Shown piece after piece: positions 17,924-25,145 of a stretch of 64,000 nucleotides of DNA (position 1 is the first letter of the stretch; each line of letters starts with the position of its first letter). Source of the DNA: Bacilli bacterium (GTDB taxonomy: Bacteria > Bacillota_I > Bacilli_A > Izemoplasmatales > Hujiaoplasmataceae); assembly GCA_016935815.1 (NCBI GenBank), contig JAFGQH010000079.1, forward strand, positions 2,328 to 66,327, read 5' to 3'. A program made the translations under genes and the position numbers. The notes under the pieces were generated by a model that was not told where the DNA came from, ran no database searches, and worked only from the letters and a program-made list of their open reading frames with translations.

Positions 17924-19045
17924 TTAATTCAATACAAGTTCGATGACGACTGGATTATGATCACTATAAAGGAATTCTTTATCCAATGTTTCCACGCTAG
18001 AAATCGTAATGTTGCTTGAGACTATAAATCCGTCAATCACATAATATTGGTTGTTATCCAAATTCACTGTATCGTAGGGATGATTCAGGAGTCTGCAAGT
18101 GGGAGTCGTAATATCAACCCCAAATTGGAATCCATTTGCGACAAACCAATCTTCCGATAATGGCGGCGCTTGCCAGAATGTCGGATCCTTGAGTGGATAG
18201 ACATAATCGTAAGTCACGGTATCATTACTACCAGTTGTGATATCAACAGCGTCCGGGAATGTCTGATTGAAGTCTCCCCCTACGATGACATAGTTTCCTG
18301 CATCGATTTCAGTTTGCATATAGGATTGTAATGCTTCCGTCTCTTCGGCTCTCATCGATCCGTCATCATATGCCGACATATGAACGTTGATCATCACCAA
18401 TTCTTTGTCAGATCCATCAATCGGATATTTGGTGATCAACAAAGCCCGTTTCAGATTTGCTAGTCTTAACGGCCATGAGAAACTTCCGGGAAGTTGTTCT
18501 CTTGTGGCGCTTACTGTCGTATAGTCTGTATAAGTTGCAATTCCGGAATTGACTTTTCCCATCATCTGGGAAAATGATAACGGGAATGGAACGAAAATAC
18601 ACCGATAGTTGAATGCCAAAACAGATGTGGTACTGAGAGATGTTTGATAATACTCATATTGATTTGTTCCATAGGAACGGTGAGAATCGGTGTCAACTTC
18701 TTGTAAAAGATAGAAATCAGCCGCCTCGGATTCTAGGATATCAGCAATTCCAGCAATATTCGTTTCAACCAAATCCTGGCTGTCCATGCGACCCTTTACA
18801 CCGCCATCCATAACAAAATCCTCGGTTTGACTCAAGGAAGCATAACCGGTGTTGAATGTTAGGATTTTTAGAGTGGTTCCTGTGGGGACATAGGTGGTAT
18901 TGCTTCCGACAGGGACATGCTCAATGGTTAGATTGGTGGAATCCGCAGGTCGGTATTCAAAGATTTGTAATGTTAAGATAAATCCGCCCCCCAAGACAAG
19001 AATGACAATCAGTAAGGTTAGGATGATTTTAAGTGCTCTTTTCAT
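17924..19045 (-). CDS. Membrane-anchored endonuclease/exonuclease/phosphatase (EEP) family protein
   Basis: N-terminal TM; TFNTGY, LQEVD, NVHMSAY, GGDFNQ, IDGFIVS, SDHNPV. Confidence 0.88.
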   Translation of the reverse strand: MKRALKIILTLLIVILVLGGGFILTLQIFEYRPADSTNLTIEHVPVGSNTTYVPTGTTLKILTFNTGYASLSQTEDFVMDGGVKGRMDSQDLVETNIAGIADILESEAADFYLLQEVDTDSHRSYGTNQYEYYQTSLSTTSVLAFNYRCIFVPFPLSFSQMMGKVNSGIATYTDYTTVSATREQLPGSFSWPLRLANLKRALLITKYPIDGSDKELVMINVHMSAYDDGSMRAEETEALQSYMQTEIDAGNYVIVGGDFNQTFPDAVDITTGSNDTVTYDYVYPLKDPTFWQAPPLSEDWFVANGFQFGVDITTPTCRLLNHPYDTVNLDNNQYYVIDGFIVSSNITISSVETLDKEFLYSDHNPVVIELVLN

Positions 19046-19149
19046 AGTTTATTCCTCTCTATATTTATTATACATTAAAACACGAAATTCGCTTGGATTA
19101 TTTCAAAAACAAAAATGATATTGTATAATGATACAAAGGAAGTGGTAGG

Positions 19150-19974
19150 GTGAATCAAAGGGTAATCATCAAAGAATTCGCAATGAATTCTTTGCATCAG
19201 AGACATAAATTGATACGGGTTATTTTACCGAAAAATTATGACGGATCGAGGAAACGATATCCGGTTTTATATATGCACGATGGACAGAATTTGGTTGATC
19301 CATCGTCTTTCTCAGGGTTTTCTTGGGACGTTGTAAAAACGATGGATGAATTATCAGAAGAATGCGGAGATATGATCATTGTCGGATTGGATTCTCATTC
19401 GACCAAGAGAATCTTAGAATATACCCCAGCTCCACTAGAAAAAAACGTTGTGAAGTATCTCCAAAAAACAGTCGGAATTCCAAAGAATGAAATCAAGGCT
19501 GAAGCCGACGAATATGGTGAATTCATTATCAGACAAGTAAAACCGTTCATCGATTATATCTATCGAACTCTACCGGACCGGATACATACATTTATCGCAG
19601 GTAGTTCTTGCGGGGGAATAATTTCCGCTTATATCGGACTGAAGTATCAAGATAAATTCTCCAACATCGGTGTTTTTTCTCCTGCACTTGAGTTCGTCAA
19701 AGAATCATTTTTTGAAACCATTCAGAAAATCAAAATGGAAAATACAATCTATTTGTATCATGATATGGGTACTGAGGAAAACGACAATCAAAGCAAATTG
19801 TATTTGGATTTGCAGGACAAATTCGACAGCTTGATTCGTACCAAGTTAGGGAATGACAATGTTATGAAAATCGTTGATGAAGGTGCGACTCATAGTGAAT
19901 TTTATTGGGTAAAACGCTTTCATCAGTACTATCGTTTCTGTTTTGAAAAAATGCAAGATAATTCCCTTGACTAA
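19150..19974 (+). CDS. Putative esterase (alpha/beta hydrolase)
   Basis: YPVLYMHDGQNL, nucleophile elbow GSSCGG, C-terminal H(S)E..W. Confidence 0.85.
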   Translation: MNQRVIIKEFAMNSLHQRHKLIRVILPKNYDGSRKRYPVLYMHDGQNLVDPSSFSGFSWDVVKTMDELSEECGDMIIVGLDSHSTKRILEYTPAPLEKNVVKYLQKTVGIPKNEIKAEADEYGEFIIRQVKPFIDYIYRTLPDRIHTFIAGSSCGGIISAYIGLKYQDKFSNIGVFSPALEFVKESFFETIQKIKMENTIYLYHDMGTEENDNQSKLYLDLQDKFDSLIRTKLGNDNVMKIVDEGATHSEFYWVKRFHQYYRFCFEKMQDNSLD

Positions 19975-19994
19975 TGATTTAACAGGAGTATAAT
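19967..19994 (+). promoter_or_regulatory. SigA-type promoter of PII-like/antiporter unit
   Basis: TTGACT-16 nt-TATAAT. Confidence 0.55.
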
Positions 19995-20021
19995 GAATAC
20001 GGCAAAAAAGGAGATTTTAGA

Positions 20022-20357
20022 ATGAAATTAATCGTTTATGTAATGAACAAAACCGAATTGCTCGAAGAATTCCTCAAGGAATTGCAGAACAACAATATCA
20101 ACGGAGCGACAATCCTGAATTCAACAGGTATGGCACGCAAACTGATGCAAAGCGATGATATGGAATTTATCGGATCACTTAAAACACTATTCGAAAACCC
20201 AAGAAAAGAATCGCATTTGATTTTGATCGCCCTGAAGGACGAATTAGTACAAACGGTCTTTGACATCGTCGATGATGTCTGTGGTGGATTGGATGAACCG
20301 AATTCCGGCATCATATTCTCTGTCCCGATTGATAAGATCAAAGGACGTAACTGCTAA
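20022..20357 (+). CDS. PII-like (GlnB fold) protein
   Basis: 111 aa; GATILNSTGM and PNSGIIFSVPI match the PII superfamily GxT..GxG and PGxGxxFxxPV motifs. Confidence 0.7.
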   Translation: MKLIVYVMNKTELLEEFLKELQNNNINGATILNSTGMARKLMQSDDMEFIGSLKTLFENPRKESHLILIALKDELVQTVFDIVDDVCGGLDEPNSGIIFSVPIDKIKGRNC

Positions 20358-20359
20358 TC

Positions 20360-20768
20360 GTGGATCTGCTTGTATTACTATACTCTGGAATCATCATTGC
20401 CACTGGGCTATTGTTCGGCAAAATAGCCAAATATTTAAAACTGCCGAATGTAACAGGTTATCTAATTGGTGGACTCCTAATAGGACCATCCATCTTGAAT
20501 ATCATCAAAGAAGAAGCGCTACCGGGACTCGAAATCGTTTCGGTCGTCGCATTGGGATTCATCGCATTCACAATCGGGAATGAATTGAAATTTAGTTACT
20601 TCAAAAAAGTAGGGACAAAACCAATTGTCATCGCCTTCTTTGAAGCGACATTTGGGGGATAAAGTCAGAGCCATCATTTTGGCATCATCTGTAATCTACG
20701 GATTGATCGGTCCAGTGGTGACGAAATTTACACTGAGAAAAGCCGGCGAAATTACAATCAAAGGGTAG
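20360..20768 (+). pseudogene. Cation:proton antiporter (CPA2/Kef-like) with large internal deletion and frameshift
   Basis: First 100 codons are a CPA2 N-terminus (KLPNVTGYLIGGLLIGPS, ALGFIAFTIGNE) ending at TAA 20660. A shifted frame from 20655 encodes GDKVRAIILASSVIYGLIGPVVTKFTLRKAGEITIKG*, a typical C-terminus of the same family. Confidence 0.8.
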
Positions 20769-20792
20769 TTGTTTGAAACAACTGCCTTTTTT
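20763..20792 (+). terminator. Intrinsic terminator
   Basis: GGTAGTTGTT-tga-AACAACTGCC-TTTTTT right at the C-terminal remnant's stop. Confidence 0.8.
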
Positions 20793-20847
20793 ATTTCAAA
20801 ATCGGAGTGATTGTGATACAATTCTAATGTAAGGAATAGGTGATTTT

Positions 20848-21351
20848 ATGGAATATATCAAGATCGGAACGATTGTCAATACAAAGGGAATCAGAGGAGA
20901 ATTGAAAGTTCAATCCTTCACGGATTTCCAAGAAGATCGGTATCGAACCGGAAATACAATCTATATCTTTTATGACAACGAATACCTTCCATTCCAAGTG
21001 AAGGCATACAGCCCATATAAGAATCAAGATCTTCTAGTTTTAAAGGATCACGAGGATATCAATTTAGTTGAGAAATTTAAGGGATCCGATGTTTATGTCC
21101 CAGAAGAAGCGGAAACAACGTTGTTCGAAGATGAATATCACGTCAATGAACTCTTGGAACTTGATGTCTATCAGAACAGCAATCTGGTTGGAACCATTGC
21201 CAATGTCGTTGCGTACCCGCAAGGAGATTATCTGGATATTCTTCAAGAATCAGGAAAACATTCATTGGTTCCTTTTCGCGATGAATTCGTCTTGGAAGTC
21301 AATTTGGATGAAGGATATGTGGAAATCATCGAAATGGAGGGCTTATTATGA
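20848..21351 (+). CDS. rimM: Ribosome maturation factor RimM
   Basis: IGTIVNTKGIRGELKV, EYHVNEL, LVPFRDEFV; precedes trmD. Confidence 0.93.
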   Translation: MEYIKIGTIVNTKGIRGELKVQSFTDFQEDRYRTGNTIYIFYDNEYLPFQVKAYSPYKNQDLLVLKDHEDINLVEKFKGSDVYVPEEAETTLFEDEYHVNELLELDVYQNSNLVGTIANVVAYPQGDYLDILQESGKHSLVPFRDEFVLEVNLDEGYVEIIEMEGLL

Positions 21352-22025
21352 AAATAACTGTATTAACTCTGTTTCCTGAAATGTTTCCTCCGGTACTTGA
21401 CAGTTCCATGCTAAAGCGAGCTCAAGCAAATGATTTGATTGATTTTGAATTGGTCAATTTCCGTGACTTTTCCACCAATAAACATATGACTGTTGATGAC
21501 AGCCCATATGGTGGTGGTGCCGGAATGGTGTTGTCAGTCGAGCCGATTTATCACGCTTTGCAAAGTGTAGAAGGCTCTGCAGAGGCGTTGAAAATCCTAT
21601 TGACACCACAGGGAAAAACCTTTGATCAAACAAGTGCAAAACAACTGGTTGATCAGAATCATATCATTCTGATTTGCGGACACTATGAAGGCTTTGACGA
21701 ACGTGTTAGATCGTTTGTCGATTTGGAACTTTCTATCGGTGACTTCGTAATGACAGGAGGGGAGATTGCCGCAATGGCGATCATCGATTCCGTCACCCGA
21801 TTGATTCCAGGAGTTTTAGGGTCTTCTGAATCCTTTGAGCACGACTCGTTTTACGAGGATTCTCTGGACTATCCTCAATATACAAAACCACGTGAATTCA
21901 TGGGGCAATTCGTGCCTGATGTATTACTCAGTGGCAACCATGAAGAAATTGCCAAATGGCGCGAAGAAATGAAGAAAAAAAGGACCCAGGAAAGACGTCC
22001 GGATTTATTGAAGAAATCACAGTAA
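21348..22025 (+). CDS. trmD: tRNA (guanine37-N1)-methyltransferase
   Basis: VDDSPYGGGAGMV, ICGHYEGFDER, SIGDFVMTGGE, YPQYTKP, LLSGNH. Confidence 0.97.
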   Translation: MKITVLTLFPEMFPPVLDSSMLKRAQANDLIDFELVNFRDFSTNKHMTVDDSPYGGGAGMVLSVEPIYHALQSVEGSAEALKILLTPQGKTFDQTSAKQLVDQNHIILICGHYEGFDERVRSFVDLELSIGDFVMTGGEIAAMAIIDSVTRLIPGVLGSSESFEHDSFYEDSLDYPQYTKPREFMGQFVPDVLLSGNHEEIAKWREEMKKKRTQERRPDLLKKSQ

Positions 22026-22032
22026 AAAAGCA

Positions 22033-22061
22033 TTGATTTTATCGTTTTATTATGTTATAAT
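22033..22061 (+). promoter_or_regulatory. SigA-type promoter of rplS
   Basis: TTGATT-17 nt-TATAAT with a TG extension. Confidence 0.65.
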
Positions 22062-22090
22062 ACATACCGCTGAAAAGAATTTATCTATCG

Positions 22091-22120
22091 CTATGTTCCG
22101 CTGAAACTCCAAGAACATAG
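22091..22120 (+). ncRNA. Ribosomal protein L19 leader (autoregulatory hairpin)
   Basis: CTATGTTC-CGCTGaaactcca-AGAACATAG hairpin with the conserved UUCCGCUG...AAGAAC pattern, directly upstream of the rplS SD. Confidence 0.8.
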
Positions 22121-22143
22121 ATCAAACAAAGGAGTTGACCAAA

Positions 22144-22491
22144 ATGTCGCAGCAATTATTGAAAGAAGTCACTCAAGAGTATATCAGAGATGACATTCCG
22201 GAATTTCGTCCTGGAGATACACTTCAGGTATCGATCAAAATCAAAGAGGGTAACCGCGAACGTGTCCAAGTCTTCGAAGGTCTTTGCATCAAAAGACAAA
22301 ACGGAGGCGTAGGAGAAACCTACACAGTAAGAAAAATCTCTTATGGTGTCGGTGTCGAAAAGACTTTCTTGCTTCATTCACCGATGATTGAAAAAATCGT
22401 TGTGAAACGTAGAGGTAAAGTCAGAAGGGCACACTTGGGTTATATCCGCGGACTTTCTGCGAAAGCATCAAGAATCAAAGAGAGACGATAA
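22144..22491 (+). CDS. rplS: 50S ribosomal protein L19
   Basis: [38 protein letters not shown]. Start set to ATG 22144 after AAGGAG. Confidence 0.97.
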   Translation: MSQQLLKEVTQEYIRDDIPEFRPGDTLQVSIKIKEGNRERVQVFEGLCIKRQNGGVGETYTVRKISYGVGVEKTFLLHSPMIEKIVVKRRGKVRRAHLGYIRGLSAKASRIKERR

Positions 22492-22638
22492 AGAAACTGG
22501 GCTTGCAAAAGCCCTTTTCTATTGAAAATGCCGTTTTTTGTCTGTAAACTATGTAAATAAATGTAATTTTATTGCATGTATTTGTTATTAGTGATAAAAT
22601 ATTCACGATAAATAGTAATATTGGAAGGGTATGATATT

Positions 22639-23649
22639 ATGAGCAAAGCGACTATCTACAATGTTGCCTTGAAAGCCGGTGTCTCATTGGCAACGGTTTC
22701 CAGAACATTGAATAATCCGGAAAAAGTCAAAAAGGAAACCAGAGATCGCGTGATGAACGTCATTGAAGAATTGGGCTATAAACCCAATGCTTTTGCCAAG
22801 GGTTTGGCATCCAGACGGTCCACATCGGTAGCGGTAGTGGTTCCTGACATGTCTCGTTCCTCCATTGCTGAAATGGTCAATGGCGTCGCCGTTGAGGCGA
22901 AGAAATATCAATACTCCTTGATTTTATATGTCTTAAAAGACGAAAACAGAGGCGAAGCGGAAATGTTGAAGGAAGTCGTCGCATCTCAAGCGGACGGAAT
23001 CCTCTACATGAATGACGAAATCAACGAAGAACAATATGCGATGCTGAATACGATCCAGGAAGACTATAAAGTTCCGATCGTATTAGCTAACACTTTGTAC
23101 CCATATGATAACAAACTTGTCACCGTCTGTATCGATTATTTCAAAGCTGGATATGAAGCGACCAATCGTCTGGTCCAAGAAGGTAGAAAGAATATCTACA
23201 TGCTGACGACAGCACGAAAGTATATGGTAAATGATTTGAAGGAAGCCGGTTACATCAAAGCGATGAAAGAAGCCGGATTGGAAACAAACATCATTCGTAC
23301 AAGTGGAGACATTACCGTCAATACCGTTCATTTCAATGAATTGTTCAAGGACCAAGGCAAGAAGATCGACGGTGTCATCGCCGTGCGTGATTCCATCGCT
23401 GTATCCTTTATCAATACGATGATTGAAAAAGGGAAGAAGATTCCAAAAGATATTTCAGTCTTTGGATTCCAAAATACCAAATATGCTTCGCTTTCTCGAC
23501 CGAAACTCTCTTGCGTAGACATTCCGATTATCGACATTGGAGCCAAAGCAATGGCTCTACTCAAGAAAGAAATCGATGGAGAACACATCGAACAGAAATT
23601 CAATGTCTTGCATCATGATATCATCGAGCGTGGAACTACAATTAAATAA
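22639..23649 (+). CDS. ccpA: LacI-family regulator, CcpA-like
   Basis: TIYNVAxxAGVSLATVSR, ELGYKPNAFAKGLASRRS, RPKLS closely parallel Bacillus CcpA; located next to tyrS. Confidence 0.7.
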   Translation: MSKATIYNVALKAGVSLATVSRTLNNPEKVKKETRDRVMNVIEELGYKPNAFAKGLASRRSTSVAVVVPDMSRSSIAEMVNGVAVEAKKYQYSLILYVLKDENRGEAEMLKEVVASQADGILYMNDEINEEQYAMLNTIQEDYKVPIVLANTLYPYDNKLVTVCIDYFKAGYEATNRLVQEGRKNIYMLTTARKYMVNDLKEAGYIKAMKEAGLETNIIRTSGDITVNTVHFNELFKDQGKKIDGVIAVRDSIAVSFINTMIEKGKKIPKDISVFGFQNTKYASLSRPKLSCVDIPIIDIGAKAMALLKKEIDGEHIEQKFNVLHHDIIERGTTIK

Positions 23650-23849
23650 ACGTTGAATAAGACAGTAGAATCAATCGTTCTAGCCATCAGAGATCCGATG
23701 TTAGGTGCGAATCGGAAGAACCTTGATTTGAAATACACTTAGGAGTTTGCCAATTGGCACGGGAAATCCGTTATCTTTTCGAGTGCACTATGTGAATTAA
23801 GGTGGTACCGCGGTTAGTTTAATCGTCCTTTTATTAGGGCGATTTTTTT
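23650..23849 (+). ncRNA. T-box riboswitch (Tyr, specifier UAC)
   Basis: AGAGA and GGTG stem I motifs, GAAA-TAC-A specifier, CCGTTA, T-box AAGGTGGTACCGCG, terminator AATCGTCCT..AGGGCGATTTTTTT. Confidence 0.92.
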
Positions 23850-23872
23850 ATATTTTTTTGGAGGTGTTACAT

Positions 23873-25111
23873 ATGAATTTAATGGAAGAACTGAAATGGC
23901 GTGGCTTATTGTATCAAGTCACGGATGAATCATTGGAACAAAAATTGGAAAACGAGAAATTGACATTCTACCTAGGGGCAGATCCTACTGCGGATAGCCT
24001 TCATGTCGGTCATCTTTTGGCATATCTTGTCGCGAAGCGGCTTATGAATCATGGACATCAGCCAATCCTTGTGATTGGCGGTGGAACCGGACTCATAGGA
24101 GACCCGAGCTTCAAGAAGTCTGAGCGCCAATTGTTGACCATCGAAGAGTCGCTTCGAAATGCAGAGGGCATTATAAAACAAGTGAAACATCTGTTGCCAA
24201 CTGCACAGGTCGTGAATAATTATGATTGGATTTCTAGTCTGAACTCCATCGAGTTTTTACGTGATTTGGGAAAGCATTTCAATGTGACCTACATGATGAA
24301 CAAAGATTCCGTGAAATCGAGAATCGAAAACGGAATCTCGTTCACAGAATTCGCATATCAGATTATACAGGCTTGGGATTTTGAATATCTCTATGACAAT
24401 TATCATTGCCAATTGCAGATTGGTGGCCAAGACCAATGGGGAAATATCACTTCGGGTCTGGAATTAATCCGTAAGATTCACACCATTAATGCCGAAGCCT
24501 ATGGTTTGACATTTCCATTGGTAACGAAAAACGATGGTACGAAATTCGGAAAAACCGAATCTGGGACCCTTTGGTTGGATAAAAATAGAACTTCTCCTTA
24601 TGAATTCTATCAATACTGGATCAATACAGCGGATGCGGATGTGATCTCAAGATTGAAACAATTCACGTTCCTGTCCAAAACTGAAATTGAAGAATTGGAA
24701 CAAGAGGTATCCGATCGTCCGGAACAAAGAAGAGCGCAACGCTTATTGGCAGAAGAATTGGTTCGTATAGTACATGGGGAATCCGAACTCAAAAAAGCGA
24801 TCCATGTATCTGAAGCATTATTCTCGGGAGATATCAAGGATTTGGATGTCGAAGAGATCGAGATGGGATTCAAGCATTTGGTTTCGATTGAAACGCAAAA
24901 AGATCTCCCTTTGATCGATGCTTTGGTTTCTTTGGAACTTGTCAAGTCCAAACGTGAGGCAAGAGAGATGATTCAGAACAACGCGACAACTGTGAATGGA
25001 GAAAAAGTCACAGATCTTGAATTCGTGATTGAGAAATCCAATGCGTTTGGACAGAAATACACAATCATACGGAAAGGCAAGAAACGCTACGCGATGATCC
25101 AACATTTATAA
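23873..25111 (+). CDS. tyrS: Tyrosine--tRNA ligase
   Basis: YLGADPTADSLHVGH (HIGH), QIGGQDQWGNI, KFGKT (KMSKS), C-terminal S4 domain. Confidence 0.97.
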   Translation: MNLMEELKWRGLLYQVTDESLEQKLENEKLTFYLGADPTADSLHVGHLLAYLVAKRLMNHGHQPILVIGGGTGLIGDPSFKKSERQLLTIEESLRNAEGIIKQVKHLLPTAQVVNNYDWISSLNSIEFLRDLGKHFNVTYMMNKDSVKSRIENGISFTEFAYQIIQAWDFEYLYDNYHCQLQIGGQDQWGNITSGLELIRKIHTINAEAYGLTFPLVTKNDGTKFGKTESGTLWLDKNRTSPYEFYQYWINTADADVISRLKQFTFLSKTEIEELEQEVSDRPEQRRAQRLLAEELVRIVHGESELKKAIHVSEALFSGDIKDLDVEEIEMGFKHLVSIETQKDLPLIDALVSLELVKSKREAREMIQNNATTVNGEKVTDLEFVIEKSNAFGQKYTIIRKGKKRYAMIQHL

Positions 25112-25112
25112 G

Positions 25113-25145
25113 AAAAAAAACTACGATTTTCGAATCGTAGTTTTT
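25113..25145. terminator. Bidirectional intrinsic terminator
   Basis: AAAAAAAACTACGATT-ttcg-AATCGTAGTTTTT. Confidence 0.85.

Noticed and set aside
22543-22567. Three TGTAA direct repeats upstream of ccpA
   Set aside because: Irregular 9/10-nt spacing in AT-rich sequence; does not fit an 11-nt response-regulator box.
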